Origin: Patescibacteria group bacterium
GTDB lineage: Bacteria > Patescibacteriota > Microgenomatia > UBA1400 > JAHJAY01
NCBI GenBank assembly: GCA_018813815.1
Contig: JAHJAY010000026.1
Coordinates: 1-63,201 of the forward strand
Reading direction: 5' to 3'
Length of the DNA stretch: 63,201 nt
The position numbers were made by a program, and so were the translations under genes. The notes beneath the pieces are model-generated. The model worked only from the letters and a program-made list of their open reading frames with translations. It made no database searches and had not been told where the DNA came from. Shown one piece after another: positions 1-8,293 of this stretch (positions within the stretch are counted from its first letter, which is position 1; every line of letters starts with the position of its first letter).

Positions 1-42
1 ATTATAATAAAGGGTGTTGCTTGGGTATAGGTTTATGTTTGT

Positions 43-519
43 TTATTTGTTAAACATTGGTCCACCAAAACCACCTTGACGACCGCCACCCAAAAGTGGA
101 TGCATTTGGCTTAAGTCAACGCCATTTGCCTCTGCCCAGGTTTGCATCTCTTCTTTGTGAGCTTGCATCTTTTTCTGTCTTTCTTCTGGAGAAAGGTCTT
201 TGAACTCTCCACAATTGGTTTGCATTTCAGCTTTCTTGGCTAAAATCGCTTCCTTTTGTGCTTCGGTTAAATCACCGCCTTCAATTGCTTCGTTGAGCCT
301 GTTTTCAAGCCGAGTTTGCATCTCAACCCTACGTTTTTCTCTGGTTTCATCAAAAACAACCTTCACTTCTTCTTCATTAAGCCCAAATCGCTCAACTAGT
401 TTCTGAATGATAGGCGGGTATGAGCCTGATTCATTCTCTGCATAGGCTTTAGTAGTGCCGTAAGCAACAAAACCAACCAAAGCTAAACCGAGAACAAAAA
501 TGATTAGATATTTCTTCAT
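43..519 (-). CDS. small secreted protein, CpxP/Spy-like (LTXXQ-motif) candidate
   Basis: 158-aa ORF. Signal-peptide-like N-terminus MKKYLIIFVLGLALVGFVAYGTTKAYA. K/E/Q-rich body with DLTEAQKEAIL (LTXXQ-type motif) and a Gly-rich tail. SD-like GGGGGTGA lies 6 nt upstream of the ATG on the minus strand. Sits directly downstream of the RR-HK pair. Confidence 0.55.
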   Translation of the reverse strand: MKKYLIIFVLGLALVGFVAYGTTKAYAENESGSYPPIIQKLVERFGLNEEEVKVVFDETREKRRVEMQTRLENRLNEAIEGGDLTEAQKEAILAKKAEMQTNCGEFKDLSPEERQKKMQAHKEEMQTWAEANGVDLSQMHPLLGGGRQGGFGGPMFNK

Positions 520-571
520 ATTCTTTCACCCCCTTTCTACAATAAAACTTATTAACAAGTCATAAAGTCAT

Positions 572-595
572 ATAATAAACAACCAGTCTGAGAAA
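572..595 (-). promoter_or_regulatory. candidate promoter/operator of the secreted-protein gene
   Basis: Minus strand reads TTTCTCAG (595-588), 10 nt, TATTAT (577-572). The same 8-mer occurs twice at the RR promoter. Confidence 0.3.
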
Positions 596-622
596 ATGCT
601 TAGAAGAGTATTTTTAAGAGTG

Positions 623-1645
623 TTATAGAAGAAGTTTAAGGGTGAAAGTGGAGCCTTTACCTAGAACGCTTGATACTGTAACAGTGCCTTTATGCAATTC
701 AATAATTTGTTTAGCCAGAGACAAACCCAGCCCAAAACCTAAAACATTGTCTTTAGAACGAGATTGATCAACGCGGTAAAACCGGTCAAAAATATAAGGA
801 ATGTCTTTTTTAGCTATACCAATACCGGTATCTTTAATTTTGATAATCAGCTTCTTTTTATTTGATTTTGTTGTTATTCTGACCCTGCCTCCTTTGGGTG
901 TGTACTTAACTGCATTATCCAAAAAGATAAGCATCATTTCTTCCAAGCTTTGTTTGTTGCCCTCAATTATATGTTCTGAAGTTTTTATCTTAATATCAAT
1001 GTCTTTTTTCTTAGCTAAAGGAGAAATTTTTTTGTAGCTGGTTTGGATTACATCGCCAATCTTTACAGGTTGGAGGACAAAGGCATTATTTCCTTGCTGA
1101 TATTGAGCCAAACTTAAAAGATTATTAGTTAAAGACTCAAGGTCTTCGATATCTTCAAGATTGCTCTCTAGCACTTTCTCCGCTTCCTTAATAGTTAGTT
1201 TTTTTTCTCTTAGTGCTACTTCGATTGTCGTTTTAAGGGCGGTTAACGGAGTGCGTAATTCGTGGGAAGCATCAGCTACAAACCGCCTTTGTTCTTCCAT
1301 GGCGGTTTCAATTGGCCCCAGAGTTTTGCCTGCCAAAAAATATCCCGCTGCGGTCGAAACAACCAAGATTATTCCATTGAGTATAATCAAGTTTAAAACC
1401 ACTCTTTTGTTCGCTGCGGCTAAATCCTCAACTAATTGCGGCCCTAATTCTTCAAAATGCTTTGGTAACTGTCGAGGAACAGGAAGGCCTAATTCTTCTG
1501 CTCTCAGGCGCGTTTCTGCTTGCCTAAAACCACGCCCTAATTCTCTAGTAATAGTGGTATAAATCACGAGGCTGAAAATTATGCTTATCAGCATAATTAT
1601 GAAGAGATACCAGCCAGTGAGTTTTATTCTTGCTGAATGAAACAT
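623..1645 (-). CDS. sensor histidine kinase (HisKA + HATPase_c)
   Basis: H-box FVADASHELRTPL. N/G-box-like LIFLDNAVKYTP, DTGIGI and GFGLGLSLA. Two N-terminal TM segments flank a roughly 55-aa external loop. Start shares 1 nt (TAATG) with the RR stop. Confidence 0.9.
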   Translation of the reverse strand: MFHSARIKLTGWYLFIIMLISIIFSLVIYTTITRELGRGFRQAETRLRAEELGLPVPRQLPKHFEELGPQLVEDLAAANKRVVLNLIILNGIILVVSTAAGYFLAGKTLGPIETAMEEQRRFVADASHELRTPLTALKTTIEVALREKKLTIKEAEKVLESNLEDIEDLESLTNNLLSLAQYQQGNNAFVLQPVKIGDVIQTSYKKISPLAKKKDIDIKIKTSEHIIEGNKQSLEEMMLIFLDNAVKYTPKGGRVRITTKSNKKKLIIKIKDTGIGIAKKDIPYIFDRFYRVDQSRSKDNVLGFGLGLSLAKQIIELHKGTVTVSSVLGKGSTFTLKLLL

Positions 1646-2316
1646 TATATTTTATAACCAAAGCCTCTTATTGTTTGAATAAGGGGCGGTTTATTTTTAA
1701 ATGGTTTATCAATTTTGTTTCTCAGGTAACCGATATAAACTTCAACCGTATTTGGCAAAATATCAGCATCATAGTCCCAGACGTGATTAATGATTTGGTC
1801 TTTAGTTAAGATTTTCCCTTGGTGTCGCATTAGGTATTCCAGAAGAGCAAATTCTTTTTTAGACAACTTAATATCTTTGCCATTACGTTTTACCTGATAG
1901 CTTAAAGCGTCTAAAGTTAAATCATTTACCTTAAGCTGGTTATTTAGGGTTTGTTTTGGTCGGCGCCTTAAAGCCCTAATTCTGGCTAAGAGCTCGGCAA
2001 ATGCAAATGGTTTAACCAAATAATCATCGGCGCCTGCATTTAGTCCATTTACCTTGTCATTAAGTTGTCCTTTTGCAGTCAACATTAAAATGGGAGTATG
2101 GATGTTTTCGTCTTTTCTAAGCTTTTTACAAATTTCCATACCGCCCATTTTAGGCAACATCAAATCTAGAATAACCACGTCATAATCTTCGGTAACGGCC
2201 AAGTCAAAGCCTTGTTCGCCATCATAGGCCACATCAACAGCATAAGACTCCTGTTCCAGGCCCTTTTTAATGGAATTGGCGATTTTGTGTTCGTCTTCAA
2301 TAACAAGAATTTTCAT
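1645..2316 (-). CDS. OmpR/PhoB-family response regulator
   Basis: Receiver domain (MKILVIEDE, VVILDLMLP, LMLTAK) plus C-terminal winged-helix (LSKKEFALLEYL, VEVYIGYLRNKI, IRGFGYKI). Confidence 0.93.
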   Translation of the reverse strand: MKILVIEDEHKIANSIKKGLEQESYAVDVAYDGEQGFDLAVTEDYDVVILDLMLPKMGGMEICKKLRKDENIHTPILMLTAKGQLNDKVNGLNAGADDYLVKPFAFAELLARIRALRRRPKQTLNNQLKVNDLTLDALSYQVKRNGKDIKLSKKEFALLEYLMRHQGKILTKDQIINHVWDYDADILPNTVEVYIGYLRNKIDKPFKNKPPLIQTIRGFGYKI

Positions 2317-2327
2317 CCTGAGGAGAT

Positions 2328-2360
2328 ATTATACACTTTTCCTGAGAAATAGCTGAGAAA
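2328..2360 (-). promoter_or_regulatory. candidate RR-HK promoter with tandem direct-repeat operator
   Basis: Minus strand reads TTTCTCAG (2360-2353), cta, TTTCTCAG (2349-2342), 8 nt, TATAAT (2333-2328), 11 nt, ATG 2316. The repeats have 11-bp periodicity over the -35 region. Confidence 0.35.
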
Positions 2361-2458
2361 ACAAAGCATGTGGTTACTCTTTAGCAATCATCCAACTTTG
2401 TATTTCGCTAAGAATTTACTAATGACGGCCCGAGTAGTTAGATTTATAATGTTGTAAA

Positions 2459-2608
2459 ATGGTAGAAGCTGAATTACATCCCAAACTGCAAAAAAGCTTT
2501 GAGGTTTTTGGAGATGCTTTATCTTTGGTGCAAGCAGTCATTTGTAATACGCCCCCCGGGGAGATTACTCAGTGGCCAAAAACAATGGTGGAGGGGTTGG
2601 TCAATTGA
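2459..2608 (+). CDS. 49-codon upstream ORF in the same frame as the kinase ORF, ended by TGA 2606-2608 (separate small ORF or disrupted N-terminus)
   Basis: ATG 2459 lies 8 nt after TATAAT (2445-2450). The frame is open to TGA 2606, and the same frame stays open from 2609 into the kinase ORF. Confidence 0.25.
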   Translation: MVEAELHPKLQKSFEVFGDALSLVQAVICNTPPGEITQWPKTMVEGLVN

Positions 2609-2773
2609 CTTCCGGAGGGGTTAAGACCAATCATTAAGCAAACTTTTAAGCAATCAATTGAAAATTATATTACAAGAGAAAAAGAAATTGATTCTTGGTT
2701 AGCTGGGCAAGATTTTTTAGCTTCAGGTAAAAGTGAAACTGATAATTTTCAAGCTATTGAAAAGGTTTGCCAA

Positions 2774-5629
2774 TTGGCTAATCAGGGTGAAGAGTTTGAG
2801 TTGACTTCAAGTTCTTTTTACACTCCCAGTTTAAAAAGAGTTCACGGTGGAATAGCCATAATTATTTCTCCACAAGATTTCCGCCGTTTAATTATTTCCG
2901 GAATAGAGATGGCTGATGGGGTAATTAATGCAGCTGATAGGCCAGAGCTAGTAGATAACTATCTTAGTCAACAGCAGTTGGGTTTTGTTTTAAAACCAGA
3001 GGGAAAAGGCTTGCCTAAAGATATGAGAATTGTTGTTGTGGCAGATACTTATGGTATTGATAAGATTTTAGACCATGAAGTTTTTGGTGAAGGCATTGGT
3101 TTGGAGATTGATCAGGCAATTACTCAAAATAAAGAACTTCATGAATTTAGAAAAATATTTCCTTCAAAATTTAAACCAGAAACTAAGGTAACCCTATATG
3201 ATCTAGCTGCCAGAATAGAGCAAGGTGAGAAAGTTACCAGCTTAGGGGAGCTTAATATTCCGCGGCAATGGGCCGCTGATCATCAAGACGATGCGGCTTT
3301 TCTACACCTTATTATTACTAAAGTCAGCAATGTGTTATCAGGCGCAGCGATTGGTGAAGGAATAGCCGACAGAAAACAATTAGCTAATATTATTCGCGGT
3401 GGAACTTTATTGCCTGAGAATTTATGGTTGTTTTTAAATCAAGGCCAGCCAGTCAGTGTTTTAATCCCCGCAGCCATAAGAGATAAATCAAATTGGCACG
3501 CTGAAGACGATCAAGTTCTGTTGGCAAAAATAGCTGGCCGTTTTGTTTCTAACCGGCCCACTTTAAAACCGGCTCATGATGGTCAACCGGCTGATGCCAT
3601 TGAGTTAGCCGGAATTAAATATGAAGTTGTTACTTCTAGGAGTCGATGTTTTATTGCTCGTGGCGGGCAGGGAGTGGTTTATATGGCCGAGAGGGTGCCT
3701 GATGGCGAAAAATATGTAATTAAAGAATTACTGTTTCCGGCCCGGGAAGCTTTAATTGCTAGTCCGGATATTGCCGTTACCTTTGTTACTGGTTTAGTTC
3801 AGCAATATCCCAATAGGCCAGACTCGATTTTACGAGCTTTGTTTCAAGCCGCTGGTATGCCAGATCAAAGCTTTGGCAAAATTTATAGAGAATATATTGT
3901 TAATAAGCTGAGGCAACTTGGAGTTAGCGCAATTGTAGATGGAGCCTTTACTTCTAAAAATGGGCCACCAGAATTTCTTATCCAGCAGCTTAAAGCGGCT
4001 GCGGCGGCTTTTACTGAGGAACCGGAAACGGAAAAATTAAAACATGAATTGGAAACTGCCCTTCAATTATTTGTGGCTGAAAGTGAAGTATTGCATAAAC
4101 TTGGAGGTATAAAAGGCATTGCTGCTTCGTTAGGGGTGGTTTTAAGTCCTTTAACTTCGATCAAAGACCTGCGTTACCATTGTTTTTATATGGTGCAAGA
4201 ATTTGTTGCCGGAAACAACCTTCATGAGGCAGCTGGAATAGAGAGTGGAAATAGGGCGTGGAAATTTTCTCGATCAGTTGATTTTATTCGGGCTTTTTTA
4301 TCTATTTTACAGCAAGCTCATGAGCGGGGTGTGGTTCATAAAGATATTAAGCCTCGGAATATTCAAGTAGATGGCCAGGGGTATCCGGCTCTATTAGATT
4401 TTGGTATTGCCAAGCCTCAGCTTTCTCGACTAGGAGAAGCAGAGAGGTTAGGGATAAGAACAGGAACGACTCGGTTGGGTACGCCGGGTTATGCTCCGCC
4501 AGAACAAGTTGTTGGCCACACTGATATTCGCTCAGACATTTTTTCAACCGGCATGGTGCTTTTTAGCCTTCTTACCGGCTTAGATGCTGAAACGGCTTTA
4601 TATGATCGTTTTGGTTTTGATCTGGATAAGATTCATCAATATATGGAGCAGCAGCTTAATCAGGCTAGTGTTCCGCCTGAACTACAGACTATTGTTTTAA
4701 CTGCTACTTCTTCTCGGCCTGATGATCGCTATCAGACAGCGGTTGCCATGTGTCAAGCCTTAGATAGTATTATTGTTGTTACTCCGAATCAAGCGCTTGA
4801 TAATCAGCTGGCGCAAATAACTAGTGCAGATTTTTCTGATTTTGATCCTTCATCAAACAAGCCTTTACCTAGAAAAGCACAGGTCTATGTTAACGAAATT
4901 ATAGAATTTGCCAGACAAGATTATGATAATGTTTTGGAGATGTTTGCCCGGATTCATCAACTAGCTACTTTTGATTGGCATAATAATGAATTGACTGGTT
5001 GGGTTTTTAAAGAACTTATTTTGAGGACAGGAAACATAGTCAAACACTATTTATTAACTGAAGACGTTGCTCTTTTTCGACCGGTTTGGTTTGATTCAAT
5101 TCAACACCTTTTGAACGAAATAAGACTTAGATATCAAGAAGATTTTATTTCTTGTCGCTCCGTTTTTAAATACTACCTAGAGTTGTTAGGGAAAACAGTA
5201 GAGCTAAGACCTGATTTAGCTGATAAAGTGATGCAATGTTTTAAAGAACAATATTGTTCTCCATCTGAGCTTTGTTTGGAGGAAAAAGAAACAGTTGCCG
5301 AGCGGGCTGTTCTTACAATAAGCCAAATACATAAAGAACAAAAAAGGGTTGATTTAGCCTGGTTAGATATAGCTGAGACCCATTTGGCCAGCAACCAATT
5401 TCCGGGTTGGATTTCTCAGCTTTCTAATGCTGGATTTGCTTATTTTAGTTTGATAAGGAAGCTTGTACAAGATCCGGCCTATACTACAGCTGTGATTGGT
5501 AGACTGCAAAAACTTCAGGCGAACCTTCCAAAATTTAAAAATAAAAACGTAGCTTTGGCTTGTGTGAGGCCTATTCAGTCAATACTTGAGGAATATCAAC
5601 CACAACAAGTGGTTACTCCTGAAGCCTGA
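2774..5629 (+). CDS. multidomain Ser/Thr protein kinase (Hanks-type) with unknown N- and C-terminal domains
   Basis: Kinase motifs: G-loop ARGGQGVVY, VIK lysine, catalytic loop HKDIKPRN, DFG (LLDFGIAKP), GTPGYAPPEQ. TTG start in the ORF track; the true start is uncertain (see findings). Confidence 0.85.
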   Translation: MANQGEEFELTSSSFYTPSLKRVHGGIAIIISPQDFRRLIISGIEMADGVINAADRPELVDNYLSQQQLGFVLKPEGKGLPKDMRIVVVADTYGIDKILDHEVFGEGIGLEIDQAITQNKELHEFRKIFPSKFKPETKVTLYDLAARIEQGEKVTSLGELNIPRQWAADHQDDAAFLHLIITKVSNVLSGAAIGEGIADRKQLANIIRGGTLLPENLWLFLNQGQPVSVLIPAAIRDKSNWHAEDDQVLLAKIAGRFVSNRPTLKPAHDGQPADAIELAGIKYEVVTSRSRCFIARGGQGVVYMAERVPDGEKYVIKELLFPAREALIASPDIAVTFVTGLVQQYPNRPDSILRALFQAAGMPDQSFGKIYREYIVNKLRQLGVSAIVDGAFTSKNGPPEFLIQQLKAAAAAFTEEPETEKLKHELETALQLFVAESEVLHKLGGIKGIAASLGVVLSPLTSIKDLRYHCFYMVQEFVAGNNLHEAAGIESGNRAWKFSRSVDFIRAFLSILQQAHERGVVHKDIKPRNIQVDGQGYPALLDFGIAKPQLSRLGEAERLGIRTGTTRLGTPGYAPPEQVVGHTDIRSDIFSTGMVLFSLLTGLDAETALYDRFGFDLDKIHQYMEQQLNQASVPPELQTIVLTATSSRPDDRYQTAVAMCQALDSIIVVTPNQALDNQLAQITSADFSDFDPSSNKPLPRKAQVYVNEIIEFARQDYDNVLEMFARIHQLATFDWHNNELTGWVFKELILRTGNIVKHYLLTEDVALFRPVWFDSIQHLLNEIRLRYQEDFISCRSVFKYYLELLGKTVELRPDLADKVMQCFKEQYCSPSELCLEEKETVAERAVLTISQIHKEQKRVDLAWLDIAETHLASNQFPGWISQLSNAGFAYFSLIRKLVQDPAYTTAVIGRLQKLQANLPKFKNKNVALACVRPIQSILEEYQPQQVVTPEA

Positions 5630-5657
5630 TATTAGTTGAGGTTATTGTTTATGAATG

Positions 5658-6008
5658 TTAATGCGAGACCAACAGCTTTTTGAATTTTCCCAAAAGATGA
5701 ACGATTAATAAGCCAAAAGTGGTGGTTAAGGCTCCGAGGGAAAATAAAAAGAAAACTGGTTCTTCAAAGCCGAGTAAGTGGGAGCCGACATTGTGAATCA
5801 CCAGACCAATAAGAAACGCCAAAAAAGCCAGGATAAAGCCGGGCGGCCGAAAAGGCTTAATTAAATAAGCCAGCCAGGTAATATCCAGGCTGAGTATAAT
5901 TGATTCATCAACTAAAGGTTCGCCGCCGGAAAGAATGTCAAGAATTGCCAGGGCAGATAAAGGGAAAATTAATACAGAAACCAGGATTTTAGTTTTTTGC
6001 TTCACCAA
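5658..6008 (-). CDS. small integral membrane protein, unknown function
   Basis: 116-aa ORF with 3-4 hydrophobic segments. No recognisable motif. Confidence 0.55.
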   Translation of the reverse strand: MVKQKTKILVSVLIFPLSALAILDILSGGEPLVDESIILSLDITWLAYLIKPFRPPGFILAFLAFLIGLVIHNVGSHLLGFEEPVFFLFSLGALTTTFGLLIVHLLGKFKKLLVSH

Positions 6009-6039
6009 ATTTATTATAGCAAATTCAGCGATTTTTTGC

Positions 6040-6045
6040 TATTAT
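6040..6045 (+). promoter_or_regulatory. -10-like TATTAT 7 nt upstream of the ugd ATG (leaderless-type)
   Basis: TATTAT 6040-6045, then ataagtc, then ATG 6053. No SD. Confidence 0.35.
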
Positions 6046-6052
6046 ATAAGTC

Positions 6053-7345
6053 ATGAAGATTGTGGTTGTTGGTACGGGATACGTTGGTTTAGTGACAGCG
6101 GCGATCATGGCCAAATTTAACCACCAAACAGTTGGTCTTGATATTGATGCGCTTAAAATTAAAAAACTCAATCAAGGGAAACCGCCTTTTTTTGAAGCCG
6201 GCTTAGAAGATTTGCTCCAGGCCGGTATTAAGAAGAAGCGCCTTAGTTTTACTACCAGCTATCGATCAGCCATTACTGGCGCTCAAGTGGTATTTATTTG
6301 TGTGGGTACTCCCTCCAAGGATAGTGGGGAAATTGACCTTTCATATATTAAACAGGCTTGTAAATCAGTGGCCCGGGCCATGAAAGGACCTTTATTATTG
6401 GCGATTAAAAGCACGGTGCCTCCCGGAATTCAAACGGTTATTAAACCCATTATTAAACAACATACAAAATACGATTTTGATTTGGTTACTTGTCCTGAAT
6501 TTTTAAGAGAAGGCAGCGCAGTTGAAGACAGTCTGCATCCCGACCGAATTATTATTGGCGCTGAAAACGATAAAGCGGCTAGCATCATATTAAAACTTCA
6601 TCAGTCAATCAAAGCGCCTAAACATGTTTTTGATATTAACTCGGCGCAATTAGTTAAGTATTCGGCCAATGCTTTTTTGGCTAATAAAATTTCTTTTGCC
6701 AATCAGATTGCCAATTTGTGTGATCGTGTGGGTGCTGACGCTAAATTAGTTATGTTTGGGCTTGGGCTTGATCGGCGAATTGGTAAAGATTTTTTAAATC
6801 CCGGTTTAGGTTTTGGCGGCAGTTGTTTTCCTAAAGATAATGCGGCGATTTCGTTTTTAGCCAAACAACACGGCTTTAGTTTGATTATGGTTGATACGGC
6901 CCGCAATATTAATGAGCAGCAGGTGGATATAGTTTTTAATAAATTGGTTAAACTTCTCGGACCATTAAAAGGCAAGACTGTGGCGGTTTTAGGCTTGGCT
7001 TTTAAACCGGGAACCGATGATATGCGTCAGGCGCGTTCAGTTCCCTTAATTAAGAACATCGTTAAAGCCGGCGCCCGGGTTAGAGTTTATGATCCGGCGG
7101 CTATCTCTAATGCCCGGAGGTTTTTAAAAAGCTTAAAAATTATTTACAGCACCAGCGCTTATCATGCGATTGAAACGGCCGATGCCATGGTTTTAGTAAC
7201 TGAATGGCCCGAGTTTGCCAAGCTTAATTTTAAAGCCATTAAACGTTTAATGAAGCAGGCGATTGTAGTTGATGGCCGGAATCTTTTTGAGCCGGCAAAA
7301 CTGAAAAAACTGGGCTTTAAATATTTAGGGGTTGGCAGAAGATGA
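6053..7345 (+). CDS. ugd: UDP-glucose 6-dehydrogenase (nucleotide-sugar dehydrogenase family)
   Basis: N-terminal Rossmann MKIVVVGTGYVGLV. Catalytic-Cys motif GFGGSCFPKD. Length 430 aa. Confidence 0.85.
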   Translation: MKIVVVGTGYVGLVTAAIMAKFNHQTVGLDIDALKIKKLNQGKPPFFEAGLEDLLQAGIKKKRLSFTTSYRSAITGAQVVFICVGTPSKDSGEIDLSYIKQACKSVARAMKGPLLLAIKSTVPPGIQTVIKPIIKQHTKYDFDLVTCPEFLREGSAVEDSLHPDRIIIGAENDKAASIILKLHQSIKAPKHVFDINSAQLVKYSANAFLANKISFANQIANLCDRVGADAKLVMFGLGLDRRIGKDFLNPGLGFGGSCFPKDNAAISFLAKQHGFSLIMVDTARNINEQQVDIVFNKLVKLLGPLKGKTVAVLGLAFKPGTDDMRQARSVPLIKNIVKAGARVRVYDPAAISNARRFLKSLKIIYSTSAYHAIETADAMVLVTEWPEFAKLNFKAIKRLMKQAIVVDGRNLFEPAKLKKLGFKYLGVGRR

Positions 7346-8292
7346 AAAAGACGGCTTTGATTACTGGCATTACCGGTCAAGATGGCTCTTATTTAGCCGA
7401 GCTGTTATTAAAAAAAAACTATCAGGTAGTTGGTCTAATCAGCCGGAAGCATAGCATTGGCAATGATAATATCAAAGCCATTAAAGCTCAGCTTATTCTT
7501 GAAGCAGGTGACTTACTTAACAAAGCTTCTTTAAAAAAAATTATTCTTAAACATCAGCCAGAGGAAATTTATAATTTGGCGGCTGTCAGTTTTATTCCTG
7601 CCAGTTGGGATCAACCTAGTCTTAGTTTTAATATTAACACTTTGGGTTTAGCCCGGATCCTGGAACTGGTTAAAGATCATTTGCCCAAAACGCGAGTTTT
7701 TCAAGCTTCTTCGGCTAAAATATTCGGCCGGCCTGAAAACAGTTTGGTTGATGAGCAGACATTGATTTCCCCCCGCGATCCTTATGCTGTTTCCAAAGCC
7801 GCGGCCCATTTTTTAATTCAAGCCTTTAGAGTTAAATTTGGACTTTTTTGCTGTTCAGCCATTATGTTTAATCATGAATCGCCTCGCCGGGGTTTGAATT
7901 TTTTGACCCGTAAAATTATTCATGGAGCAGTGCAAATAAAACAGGGCAAACAAAAAATCCTGGCTTTAGGCAACCTTGCCGCTCAGGCTGATTGGGGTTA
8001 TGCGCCCGAATATACAACTGCCATGTGGTTAATGCTGCAGCAGAATCAAGCCGAAGATTTTGTTTTAGCCACCGGGAAATTGCATTCAGTTAAACAAGTT
8101 TGTCAGGCGGCCTTTAATTGTCTTGACCTTGATTATCAAAAATTTGTTACAATAGATAAGCGCTTTTATAGAAAAGCCGAAGCGGCTTTTGCCGGCAATC
8201 CGGCCAAGGCTAAACAGCTTTTGGGCTGGAAGCCGGAAACGGATTTTAAACAATTGATTAAAATAATGGTTAAAGCCGAACAGGAGAGATGA
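7342..8292 (+). CDS. GDP-mannose 4,6-dehydratase-like SDR, divergent paralog lacking the catalytic Glu
   Basis: ALITGITGQDGSYLAELLL, YAVSK (YxxxK) and MFNHESPRRG are present. The active-site strand reads QASSAKIFG, where canonical GMD has S/T-S-E. ATGA overlap with the ugd stop. Confidence 0.75.
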   Translation: MKKTALITGITGQDGSYLAELLLKKNYQVVGLISRKHSIGNDNIKAIKAQLILEAGDLLNKASLKKIILKHQPEEIYNLAAVSFIPASWDQPSLSFNINTLGLARILELVKDHLPKTRVFQASSAKIFGRPENSLVDEQTLISPRDPYAVSKAAAHFLIQAFRVKFGLFCCSAIMFNHESPRRGLNFLTRKIIHGAVQIKQGKQKILALGNLAAQADWGYAPEYTTAMWLMLQQNQAEDFVLATGKLHSVKQVCQAAFNCLDLDYQKFVTIDKRFYRKAEAAFAGNPAKAKQLLGWKPETDFKQLIKIMVKAEQER

Positions 8293-8293
8293 A

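Noticed and set aside
200-406. Numerous 60-130-aa ORFs in the track lying antisense or out of frame inside larger genes. Examples: 200-406, 801-1037, 1161-1562, 4347-4547, 5173-5394, 6703-6975, 16786-17166, 23452-23730, 25459-25764, 39577-39861, 49401-49658, 53968-54192, 60799-61155.
   Set aside because: They are fully embedded in longer ORFs that carry clear family motifs. They have low-complexity or odd composition and no start-site signals, so they are most likely shadow ORFs.
557-572. Perfect tandem 8-mer AAGTCATAAAGTCATA in the HK/secreted-protein spacer as a regulator-binding site.
   Set aside because: It would lie at or downstream of the predicted transcription start, has no counterpart at the RR promoter, and is AT-rich. 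I could not support a function for it.
2606-2608. In-frame TGA upstream of the kinase as evidence for an alternative genetic code (UGA sense, as in some CPR lineages).
   Set aside because: Many genes here clearly terminate at TGA, often in ATGA start/stop overlaps (7343, 26444, 33807, 38372, 46497, 48626). The standard bacterial code applies.
5412-5419. Additional TTTCTCAG copies (5412-5419, 30812-30819, 36107-36114) as further response-regulator sites.
   Set aside because: All three lie deep inside coding regions, are single copies and have no nearby -10 element. The T-rich codon usage makes this 8-mer fairly common.
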